A stretch of 64,000 bases of DNA, taken from an uncultured Clostridia bacterium (GTDB lineage Bacteria; Bacillota; Clostridia; Christensenellales; CAG-314). Both the position numbers and the translations under genes were made by a program. The notes under the pieces are model-generated. The model worked only from the letters and a program-made list of their open reading frames with translations. It was not told the DNA's origin and searched no databases. Positions 26,241 through 33,863 of the stretch are shown here, piece by piece; positions within the stretch are counted from its first letter, which is position 1; the number at the start of each line of letters is the position of its first letter. The stretch spans positions 42,951-106,950 of the forward strand of contig CANPXV010000005.1 in assembly GCA_947586855.1 (NCBI GenBank), read 5' to 3'.

Positions 26241-27950
26241 TTGGAAACGATAGAAGAAGTTTTGGAAGAACTTAACAATCTGGAAAAGGAAAATGAATTT
26301 CAGGACAAATCGATTCTGGACGAATTGTTGAAAGAAATCGATTCCGATGTGGGCGCCGAAGAATTTAAGTTGCTGGTGCAGGAGTTGACATTGGTGGCGC
26401 CGCAAGTCAAAAACAACGACATGCAAAAGGTGTTTTTTGACAAAAACTACTTGTTTTCCATCAACGACGGCTGCGGTTTGGGCAGACATCTGTCCCAATT
26501 GGCACGTCTTGTTCAATATCTGGGCTTGCAAGGGTCGCACAGCAGCAAATTTAGCTGTTACAGGCTCAATTTGCCCAAGTCTGGCAGCGACGATCCCTGC
26601 GAAGAGATGATATCCACCGTCGAGCGCAAAGGCAGTCGAGAACATATCTGCATAGACATTAGCGATTGGATGAACGATCTGCGCAACCCGTCCTTCAAAA
26701 GGCTGCTGATGAAGATCGCCGAAGAGTGCGACAAGTGCATGGTGGTGTTTGTGGTGCCCTTTGTGGATAAGGAAGTGCTGCACAAGGTTTTGCGTTCGCT
26801 CAACGATATCCTCTCGGTGCGCCCCGTATCTTTTGCGCCCTACACGGTAGAGCAGTTGGACGCCATTGCCGCCAAGCAACTATCCGAATACGGCTTCGAA
26901 ATGGAGCAATCGGCCTGGCGCTACTTTAACGAGCGCCTGAGAGAAGAAAGCGCCGACGGCAGATTTTACGGCGAGGATACCGTGTCCAAAACGGTCAACG
27001 AGCTGTTGTACTCCAAGTTGCTATCCAATGCGCAAAACGGCGCCGAGGGCAAACTCTTGACGGAATCGGACGCCGAAAAACTGTGCAAAAGGAGTTTTGA
27101 CGACGACAAAAGCGGCATGGAAATGCTGGATTCGCTTGTCGGCACGGAAAAAATCCGAGAAAGCGTGTTGGAAATCATCTCGCAGATACAGCTCAGCCGA
27201 CAAAACGGCATGGGCAACCCCTGCATTCACATGAAGTTTGTGGGCAATCCCGGCACGGGCAAGACGACGGTGGCACGCATTATCGGCAAAATTTTGAAGG
27301 AAAAAAATATTTTGCGTGTGGGAGAGTTTTTCGAGCACAACGGCAGAGATTTTTGCGGACGTTACATCGGTGAAACTGCGCCCAAAACTTTGGGCATTTG
27401 CCGAGAGGCGTATGGCTCGGTGCTGTTTATCGACGAGGCCTATTCGCTGTTCCGCGGGCCGGACGACACCCGAGATTTCGGCAGGGAGGCGCTGGATACG
27501 CTTATTTCGGAGATGGAAAATCACCGCAGCGACATGTTGGTCATCATGGCGGGCTACACCGAGGATATGGCACGCTTGATGAACGGCAACGCCGGGTTGG
27601 AAAGCCGTATCCCCTACACGTTGGAATTTCCCAACTTCTCCCGAGAGCAGCTGTTTGAAATTTTTGTGCAGATGAGCGCCAACAAGCTGGATATGGAGGA
27701 AGGGCTTTTGTCCGACGTGAGGGACTATCTGGCCAATCTGGACAAAAACTTTGTCAACTCCAAAAGTTTCAGCAATGCCCGATATATCCGCAACCTGTAC
27801 GAAAGGTTGTGCGCCAAGGCGGCGATGCGCTGTCAGCTTGCAGGCGAGGGCAAACTTACCCTGTTGAGAGAAGATTTTGCAAGGGCGGTGATGGATAGCG
27901 AATTTGCCAACACAACCCCCAAAACACGCCGAATAGGCTTTGGAAACTGA
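26241..27950 (+). CDS. SpoVK/CbbX-type AAA+ ATPase with a degenerate N-terminal AAA-like module
   Basis: Walker A GNPGTGKTT (nt ~27243), Walker B VLFIDEAY (nt ~27420) and the SpoVK/CbbX hallmark ..MLVIMAGY..LESRIPYTLEFPNFS... Start proposed at TTG 26241, 7 nt after GGAGG and downstream of a TTGTTT-17-TATACT promoter. The track start 26103 would lie upstream of that promoter. Confidence 0.85.
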   Translation: METIEEVLEELNNLEKENEFQDKSILDELLKEIDSDVGAEEFKLLVQELTLVAPQVKNNDMQKVFFDKNYLFSINDGCGLGRHLSQLARLVQYLGLQGSHSSKFSCYRLNLPKSGSDDPCEEMISTVERKGSREHICIDISDWMNDLRNPSFKRLLMKIAEECDKCMVVFVVPFVDKEVLHKVLRSLNDILSVRPVSFAPYTVEQLDAIAAKQLSEYGFEMEQSAWRYFNERLREESADGRFYGEDTVSKTVNELLYSKLLSNAQNGAEGKLLTESDAEKLCKRSFDDDKSGMEMLDSLVGTEKIRESVLEIISQIQLSRQNGMGNPCIHMKFVGNPGTGKTTVARIIGKILKEKNILRVGEFFEHNGRDFCGRYIGETAPKTLGICREAYGSVLFIDEAYSLFRGPDDTRDFGREALDTLISEMENHRSDMLVIMAGYTEDMARLMNGNAGLESRIPYTLEFPNFSREQLFEIFVQMSANKLDMEEGLLSDVRDYLANLDKNFVNSKSFSNARYIRNLYERLCAKAAMRCQLAGEGKLTLLREDFARAVMDSEFANTTPKTRRIGFGN

Positions 27951-28028
27951 ACACAAACAAAATTGACTGCCACATTTATTATGTGACAGCCTTTTTTATG
28001 CCCAAAACAGGGCAATCGATATAACTTT

Positions 28029-29417
28029 TTACGACAAGAAGGGCGGAAGAATGCTCATGGAGATAAAGCAGAATATTATCAGCGACAGAGCGTCCACAAT
28101 GGTGGTGATGAAGGGGCTGGCGACGACGGCGGGATCCAACTTGCACGCCTTGGCAAGTATGGGCATCATGCAGCCCACAACCTTGGCAATCACAACCGTG
28201 GCAAACAGCGCCAACGACACGGCCAGGCAAATGTACCAAGTGTAGTTGTAGCCGAACGCCAATCCGTCCAGCAGATACAGCTTGCCAAAACATACCACGG
28301 ACAGACAAAGCGCCAGCAGCACCGAAACTCGTGTCTCTTTCCATAGCACTCGCAGTGTATCTCGCAGGCGGATTTCGCCAAGAGCAAGTCCGCGGATGAC
28401 GGTGACGGAGGCCTGACTGCCTGCATTGCCGCCTGTATCCATCAACATAGGTATGCACGCAAACAGCAGCGGGCTGAGTTGGTTTAGGCGCCCCTCAAAG
28501 GTGTTGATTATCAACCCCGTAAAAGTGGCGGAGATCATCAGAATAAGCAGCCACGGAATACGGTTTTTCCAGATTTGCCAGATGGATTGCTCCATATAGG
28601 TGTCGGTGGAGGGCGTCACGGCGGCCATGATCGAAATGTCCTCGGTGGCCTCTTGTTCCAAAACGTCCAACACGTCGTCTACCGTAACGATACCTACCAT
28701 GCGGTTTTCGCTATCCACAATTGGCAGCGCCGACAGGTCGTATTTGGATATTTGCTGCGCTACAAACTCCTTGTCGTCGTTGGCCTCGGCCGAAAGCACC
28801 TCCCGCTGCATAAACTCCGATATCTTGGTGTCGTAGTCGTGCAGCAGCAGGTCCTTGACGGTGACGGTGCCGATAAGCATGCGTTTGTCGTCGGTGACAT
28901 AGCAGTTGTAGATGGTTTCTTTGTCGACGGCGATTTTGCGTATGCGGTCGAAACACTCCTTGACGGTCCAATGCTCCCTCAGACTTACATATTCCACCGT
29001 CATTATCGTGCCGGCGCTATCCTTGGGATATTTGAGAATTTCGTTGATCTGGTTGCGTGTTTCGGGGTCCGATTGCTTGATGATACGTTTTACCACGTTT
29101 GCAGGCATTTCTTCGATGATGTCCACGGTGTCGTCCAAAAACATCTCGTCCAACACGGCCTTCAATTCGGCGTCGGAAAAACTGTTGAGCAGCAGCTCCT
29201 GCCCGTCAGATGACATTTCTACAAAGGTTTCGGCGGCGTTTTCCTTGCTTAGCAGCCGAAAAATTGGCAAAATGTCCTTTTCGCTCATTTCGTCCAGCAA
29301 CAAAGCGCTGTCCTGCGGTTGCAATTCGTTTATCAGCTTTTTTATTTCGCGAAAATTTTTTTCCGAAAGCAATTCGGAAACTCTGTCGATTGTTTGTTGA
29401 AGCTCCTCGTATTCCAT
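28029..29417 (-). CDS. mgtE: magnesium transporter MgtE
   Basis: Start ATG at 29417 after AAAGGAGGTA. N-domain, CBS pair and five-TM MgtE domain (..DTGGNAGSQ..). An M-box riboswitch lies upstream. Confidence 0.95.
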   Translation of the reverse strand: MEYEELQQTIDRVSELLSEKNFREIKKLINELQPQDSALLLDEMSEKDILPIFRLLSKENAAETFVEMSSDGQELLLNSFSDAELKAVLDEMFLDDTVDIIEEMPANVVKRIIKQSDPETRNQINEILKYPKDSAGTIMTVEYVSLREHWTVKECFDRIRKIAVDKETIYNCYVTDDKRMLIGTVTVKDLLLHDYDTKISEFMQREVLSAEANDDKEFVAQQISKYDLSALPIVDSENRMVGIVTVDDVLDVLEQEATEDISIMAAVTPSTDTYMEQSIWQIWKNRIPWLLILMISATFTGLIINTFEGRLNQLSPLLFACIPMLMDTGGNAGSQASVTVIRGLALGEIRLRDTLRVLWKETRVSVLLALCLSVVCFGKLYLLDGLAFGYNYTWYICLAVSLALFATVVIAKVVGCMMPILAKACKLDPAVVASPFITTIVDALSLIIFCFISMSILPPFLS

Positions 29418-29435
29418 CGGTACCTCCTTTGGCTG

Positions 29436-29468
29436 ATAAAAATGTCCGCGCTTGCAACAGCACGGACA
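29436..29468 (-). terminator. M-box expression-platform terminator
   Basis: On the minus strand: TGTCCGTG-ctgttgcaag-CGCGGACA followed by TTTTTAT, located between the aptamer and the mgtE SD. Confidence 0.7.
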
Positions 29469-29489
29469 CATTGCCACCTTGCGGAAATT

Positions 29490-29637
29490 GTCTAACCATT
29501 ACAAGTTTTAGCATCATGGGGCTGTGTAATTGCGTTAGGATAAGCCTTGTTTTCGACCAATCCTGCTGCCCAAACATTGCGTGTCTCCACGTCGTGTCGG
29601 TAGCAACCCGTATCCCCATGGTAGCCTCACCTACCGG
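29490..29637 (-). promoter_or_regulatory. M-box (ykoK leader) Mg2+ riboswitch
   Basis: The minus strand reads GGTAGGTGAGGCTACC..GGGGATAC..GCTACCGA..GTGGAGACA..TTGGGCAGCAGG..ATGCTAAAACTTG..GGTTAGAC. The TAGGTGAGGCT, GATAC and GCTAAAAC blocks match conserved M-box segments. The location upstream of mgtE is canonical. Confidence 0.8.
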
Positions 29638-29654
29638 ATTAATTATTTATATTT

Positions 29655-29683
29655 ATTGTAGATTTCTTTTGTGCGTATGTCAA
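29655..29683 (-). promoter_or_regulatory. sigma-A promoter of the M-box/mgtE transcript
   Basis: On the minus strand: TTGACA (29683-29678), 17 nt, TACAAT (29660-29655). Confidence 0.65.
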
Positions 29684-29823
29684 CAGTTTGCGGATATTTT
29701 TTTTGGTTTACAAACAAAAAATATGCTTTGCAAACATAATGTTGCCGTCACTTTGCAAGTCGGCTTTTGTTGACAGAAGTTCGGGATTTGTAGTAGAATT
29801 GAAGGGTAGAGAAGGAAGCGAAT

Positions 29824-30246
29824 ATGAAAGAATACTATCTGGACAGACTGCATTGGATATTCCGTTACTGCAATGGCAATTTTTGGTATTGTCTTGCAAA
29901 GACGCTTAGCCTGTTGGTGGGCGTGCCCTTGTATGCGGTATCCTTTGTTGTGGAAATGATTTTTACCTTTATCAACATGCTTTTTGCCTGGATCCCCGTG
30001 CTTAATGTGGTGGTCATGGTGGTGTGCAAGGCTGTCATTGCGCTGTTTGCGTGGACGTTTTACATTTGCATATTGCCCGACATCGGGGCGTACCGTTCGG
30101 CCAAAAGTGCCGAGGTGGTATATGATATTTCCGACGCCGACGACGTTTCTGTTGCCGACCAACCTGCCGACGCCGACGATGTTTCGGCCACCGAACAACC
30201 TGCCGATGCCGAAATTGCCGCCGTCGAGGACGAAAATAATCGTTGA
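29824..30246 (+). CDS. small membrane protein with acidic tandem-repeat C-terminal tail
   Basis: 140 aa with 2-3 hydrophobic helices, then DISDADDVSVADQPADADDVSATEQPADAEIAAVEDENNR. A TTGACA-18-TAGAAT promoter (29770-29799) lies upstream. No recognisable family. Confidence 0.6.
   Translation: MKEYYLDRLHWIFRYCNGNFWYCLAKTLSLLVGVPLYAVSFVVEMIFTFINMLFAWIPVLNVVVMVVCKAVIALFAWTFYICILPDIGAYRSAKSAEVVYDISDADDVSVADQPADADDVSATEQPADAEIAAVEDENNR
30133..30204 (+). repeat. 36-bp tandem repeat x2 (plus degenerate third unit) inside the CDS
   Basis: Unit 1 is 30133-30168 and unit 2 is 30169-30204, with 30 of 36 nt identical. The units encode DADDVSVADQPA and DADDVSATEQPA. Confidence 0.9.
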
Positions 30247-30392
30247 TACACCTGACTATATCATAATATATCTACGCACCCGACCGCACCCGTTTGGCTG
30301 CGTTTTTTGTTGCCAAAATGTACCTATATGCAGGCAGGCACGTTTTGAAACTTTACCTCATACAATATATTGACTATCATAGGAGGTAATCA

Positions 30393-31040
30393 ATGCCTGT
30401 AAACAATTTAGATGGCAACAATTGCAGTGAAAAAATATGTATTCAGGGCAAAAAGGTATTTGACGCATGCGTCAAGCAGACCACTTTGCAGCAAATCACG
30501 GTAAGCGTATCCGAGGTCAACCCCTCTTCGCCCGCTGTGCCGCTGCGTTTTGTCAGTGCCAAAAGCACCTCTACCAAGGGTATCATAGAAAATTTGGTGG
30601 TGGAGCGCCTGACGGAACGTCCCAAATATGGCAGAGTGCAAGCGGATGTGGTGGTGCCCGTCGAGGTCACATACATAGACGGCAACAACGAGGAAGGCAG
30701 CGGCATGGGCAGCGTTACGGTGCCTGTGGACGTGGTGATGTTTCTGCCGGAGCCGTCCATTATCCCCTACACGATCGAGGCAAGCGTATCGGCGGTCAGC
30801 CCCGAGGGGCAATACAGCCAAACGCAGGTCATCGACGGCGTAACATACTATATTTTTGTGATAAATTGCTGCGTAACGGCCATTTTGAAGGTAACAATGG
30901 ATGTGGAACTGATCGTTCCCAGCTACGGATATGCGGTTATCCCGCCTTGCCAGGAATACACCGAAGAAGTGTGTTCGGGCTACTTCGAGCTGCCGCTTTT
31001 CCCCGGCGGGCGCACTCCCGGCGGCAATGGAAACACCTGA
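30393..31040 (+). CDS. hypothetical 215-aa Cys-bearing, beta-rich protein (possible spore coat/surface component)
   Basis: Strong SD (AGGAGG) and a GGGAGATTGG/CCAATCTCC terminator at ~31058-31085. N-terminal C-x4-C-x9-C (NNCSEKICIQGKKVFDAC), a later CC pair and C-x8-C. No TM segment or signal peptide. A sigma-K-like AC-17-CATACAATA element lies at 30340-30367 (weak evidence). Confidence 0.6.
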   Translation: MPVNNLDGNNCSEKICIQGKKVFDACVKQTTLQQITVSVSEVNPSSPAVPLRFVSAKSTSTKGIIENLVVERLTERPKYGRVQADVVVPVEVTYIDGNNEEGSGMGSVTVPVDVVMFLPEPSIIPYTIEASVSAVSPEGQYSQTQVIDGVTYYIFVINCCVTAILKVTMDVELIVPSYGYAVIPPCQEYTEEVCSGYFELPLFPGGRTPGGNGNT

Positions 31041-31147
31041 GACAAATCATAATGCAAGCGGGAGATTGGGCAGCCAATCTCCTTTTTCTTGCGGTGTAAC
31101 ACTTGTTGAAATTGTTTCATAGGTTGACTATATATGGAGCAAACAAA

Positions 31148-31372
31148 ATGAAGTACAAAAGGTGTCTGCGTTGCGGACTGAACTACGTCACAGAGGATCA
31201 ACAATATTGCAAAGTGTGTCGGGACGAGATGGACGGCCGCAAAAGCATATTTGATATGGACGGCTTTGACGAGATAATTTGCCCCTATTGCGAAAAAAAT
31301 CCCATGGGCATAGACGACATCATGTGTGACGAATGCCGCCGCAAACGGGCAAAAAGAGGCGATAACTTATAG
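31148..31372 (+). CDS. 74-aa zinc-ribbon protein (four CxxC motifs)
   Basis: ATG at 31148 after TGGAG. Contains CLRC, CKVC, CPYC and CDEC, arranged as two zinc-ribbon pairs, and a basic C-terminus. Confidence 0.6.
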   Translation: MKYKRCLRCGLNYVTEDQQYCKVCRDEMDGRKSIFDMDGFDEIICPYCEKNPMGIDDIMCDECRRKRAKRGDNL

Positions 31373-31398
31373 ACAAAAAAGGCGTTCTGTGCTACAAT
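31370..31398 (+). promoter_or_regulatory. promoter giving a leaderless metallophosphoesterase transcript
   Basis: TAGACA (31370-31375), 17 nt, TGcTACAAT with the -10 box at 31393-31398, 6 nt (cgaaac), then ATG at 31405. No SD. Confidence 0.6.
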
Positions 31399-31404
31399 CG
31401 AAAC

Positions 31405-32100
31405 ATGAAGGTTTTTGCAATAAGCGATCTGCATTTGTCCACCGTGGCAGAAAAGCCAATGGATATTTTTGGCGAGTCGTGGGAGAATTATTTTGAGGAA
31501 ATTTCCGCCGATTGGCGGCAAAAAGTATCCGACGATGATGTGGTGCTGTTGCCGGGAGATTTTTCTTGGGCGATGCATATAGAAGAGGCCGTGCCCGATT
31601 TCCGTCTGGTGGAGGCCCTACCCGGCAAAAAGGTGCTGCTGCGGGGCAATCACGACTATTGGTGGAACACCATCTCGCAGGTGCGATCCACCATCCCCCA
31701 GGGCTTTTTCGCATTGCAAAACGATTGTCTCAGGTTTGAGGACGTACTTGTTTGCGGCACTCGCGGGTGGGTCTGCCCCGACGGCGACAACCTGTCGGAG
31801 GATGACAAACGTATCTACCTGAGAGAACAGGAACGCCTCAAATTGTCTCTCAGCGCCATGCAAAAAATGCGCCGGCCGCAGGACAGGGTGATTGCCATCA
31901 TGCACTATCCGCCCTTCAATGGCAAGTACGACGACAGCGAATTTATCAAACAGTTTATTGTGGCTGAGGTGCCCACGGTAGTGTACGGCCATCTGCATGG
32001 AAAGGACTGCCGTGCCAGCCTGTATATGAAAAAATTCGGCATGGAGTTTTATCTGACAAGCTGCGATCTGGTGGGCAACAAACTCACCCGCATTTTGTGA
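31405..32100 (+). CDS. calcineurin-like metallophosphoesterase
   Basis: Motifs ISDLHLS, PGDFSW, LRGNHDYW, MHYPP and YGHLHG in canonical order. Confidence 0.85.
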   Translation: MKVFAISDLHLSTVAEKPMDIFGESWENYFEEISADWRQKVSDDDVVLLPGDFSWAMHIEEAVPDFRLVEALPGKKVLLRGNHDYWWNTISQVRSTIPQGFFALQNDCLRFEDVLVCGTRGWVCPDGDNLSEDDKRIYLREQERLKLSLSAMQKMRRPQDRVIAIMHYPPFNGKYDDSEFIKQFIVAEVPTVVYGHLHGKDCRASLYMKKFGMEFYLTSCDLVGNKLTRIL

Positions 32101-32142
32101 GGCTCGCAGGATAAATTTGCCAAATTTGTCTGAGAAAAATTG

Positions 32143-32171
32143 TTGCAAATATGACAAGACTATGATACAAT
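32143..32171 (+). promoter_or_regulatory. strong orphan sigma-A promoter upstream of a ~220-nt non-coding segment
   Basis: TTGCAA (32143-32148), 17 nt, TGaTACAAT with the -10 box at 32166-32171. No convincing ORF follows before the hairpin TTGAGCA...TGCTCAA plus T-run at ~32362-32397. Confidence 0.55.
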
Positions 32172-32400
32172 ATTTGTGTGGTACGGCGGTCGAACGTTCG
32201 CCGAACTTCACTTTGGAACGGACATCTTTGCGGCGGGTTGCGGCAGGCGCAATCGAGGTGGAGTAAAATCGTTCGAACATATTTTCTATTAGCTTGATAT
32301 GACGCAATTGGACATGCGTCAACAGCGAAAATTTTTTATTTTTGTTTGCGTTTGAAGGTAAAATTGAGCAGTTTTGCACTTGCTCAAAAATTTTTTGAAG

Positions 32401-32430
32401 AAAATGGTTAAAAATGGTTGAAATTGGTTA
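32401..32430 (+). promoter_or_regulatory. candidate MraZ operator: three direct TGGTT repeats with 10-bp periodicity
   Basis: aaaaTGGTTa aaaaTGGTTg aaatTGGTTa. The repeats overlap the -35 box of the mraZ promoter. Confidence 0.6.
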
Positions 32431-32446
32431 AAAATTGCGCTATAAT
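32418..32446 (+). promoter_or_regulatory. sigma-A promoter of the dcw operon (Pmra)
   Basis: TTGAAA (32418-32423), 17 nt, TATAAT (32441-32446), followed by SD AAGGAG and the mraZ ATG at 32476. Confidence 0.65.
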
Positions 32447-32475
32447 GGTTACACAAATACAAGGAGTGTAAGCAG

Positions 32476-32925
32476 ATGCTTCTGTTAGGTAATTTCCAAC
32501 ACACGTTGGACGACAAAAACAGAATACGTCTCCCGGCAAAGTTCCGCGAAAAGTTGGGCAGCGAGTATATCCTTATGCCCGGCACCGACGGTTGCATTTC
32601 CTTGTATTCTGCCGCATCCGAAGAGATTTTTATCAAGGCAGTGATGGAGCTGGGAGAGTTCAGCGCCGACAACGCCGAGACGATCCGCAGTCTTTCGGAA
32701 AAGGCGGCAATGGTGGACGCAGATGCGCAGGGCAGATTTATGCTGCCGACGGAGCTGCTGGAACTTGCACAAATAGACAAAGATGTCCGCATAATAGGCG
32801 TTATCAACAGGGTAGAGATTTGGAGCGAGGAGCGCTACGTTGCCCGCAGAAGAGCCAAGGACGAATCTCCCGCAGCCTACAATGCGCTCAACATGAAATT
32901 GCACGAAGCACTTCACAAACAATGA
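32476..32925 (+). CDS. mraZ: transcriptional regulator MraZ
   Basis: Two SpoVT/AbrB-like halves with DxxxR motifs (LDDKNRIRLP, DAQGRFMLP). First gene of the dcw cluster. Confidence 0.95.
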   Translation: MLLLGNFQHTLDDKNRIRLPAKFREKLGSEYILMPGTDGCISLYSAASEEIFIKAVMELGEFSADNAETIRSLSEKAAMVDADAQGRFMLPTELLELAQIDKDVRIIGVINRVEIWSEERYVARRRAKDESPAAYNALNMKLHEALHKQ

Positions 32926-33851
32926 TTTTCCAACACAAATCGGTGCTTCTGGACGAATGTATAGAGGCGCTGAACATACAACCCAATGGAATATATGTAG
33001 ATTGCACAGCAGGCGGCGGAGGTCACTCGGCAAAAATTCTGGACAAGCTGTCGGGCGGCACGCTGATAGCGATAGACAAAGACGAAGATGCGCTTGCGGC
33101 CTGCAAGCAGAGATTGCAAGGCGACAACGTTCGGCTGATACACAGCGATTTCAAGCGGCTCAACGCCATATTGGACGAGCTTGGCATCGACAAGGTGGAC
33201 GGTATTCTGGCCGACCTGGGTGTAAGCTCCTACCAGATAGACAATCCCGAAAGAGGTTTCTCCTATATGGCAAGCGACGCCCCGCTGGATATGCGCATGG
33301 ATACCACGCAGCAATTTAACGCCGCAGATATCGTCAATAGCTATTCGGAAAGCGAGCTGTGCAGATTGATACACGACTACGGTGAGGAAAAATTTGCCAA
33401 GTCCATAGCCCGCAACATAGTGGCGGAGCGGCAAAAGCACCCGATAGAGCGCTGCGGACAGCTGGTGGACATCATTGAGGAATCGGTGCCGCATTGCTCT
33501 CGCAAAAAGGGCAGTCACCCCGCAAAGCGCACATTTCAGGCGTTGCGCATAGAGGTAAACAGAGAATTGGACGGCATAGACGACTTTCTCTGCGACGCCG
33601 TGGACAGATTGAACCACAACGGCAGGTTGGCAGTGATCACCTTCCACAGTTTGGAGGACAGGATAGTGAAGCAGTGCTTCATAGACTTTGCAACAAACTG
33701 CGTGTGCCCGCCGAGCTTTCCCAAATGCGTGTGCGATCACCGTGCAAAGGGTGCAACTCTTTGCAAAAAGCCGATAGAACCATCGGCATTGGAACAACAG
33801 GATAACCCCCGCTCTCAAAGCGCCAAGCTGAGAGTATTTGTAAGAAAGTGA
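32922..33851 (+). CDS. rsmH: 16S rRNA (cytosine1402-N4)-methyltransferase
   Basis: Start ATG at 32922 (ATGA overlap with mraZ). HKSVLL..., SAM motif DCTAGGGGHS, ..FHSLEDR... Confidence 0.95.
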   Translation: MIFQHKSVLLDECIEALNIQPNGIYVDCTAGGGGHSAKILDKLSGGTLIAIDKDEDALAACKQRLQGDNVRLIHSDFKRLNAILDELGIDKVDGILADLGVSSYQIDNPERGFSYMASDAPLDMRMDTTQQFNAADIVNSYSESELCRLIHDYGEEKFAKSIARNIVAERQKHPIERCGQLVDIIEESVPHCSRKKGSHPAKRTFQALRIEVNRELDGIDDFLCDAVDRLNHNGRLAVITFHSLEDRIVKQCFIDFATNCVCPPSFPKCVCDHRAKGATLCKKPIEPSALEQQDNPRSQSAKLRVFVRK

Positions 33852-33863
33852 ATTTTTCGCAAG

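Noticed and set aside
32178-32297. A 39-codon GTG-initiated ORF exactly 6 nt after the orphan -10 box (a would-be leaderless peptide, MVRRSNVRRTSLWNGHLCGG...).
   Set aside because: Leaderless initiation strongly prefers AUG. The peptide is Arg-rich and featureless, and it ends with the CTA and TTA codons that real genes here avoid. The region is more likely non-coding RNA or a leader.
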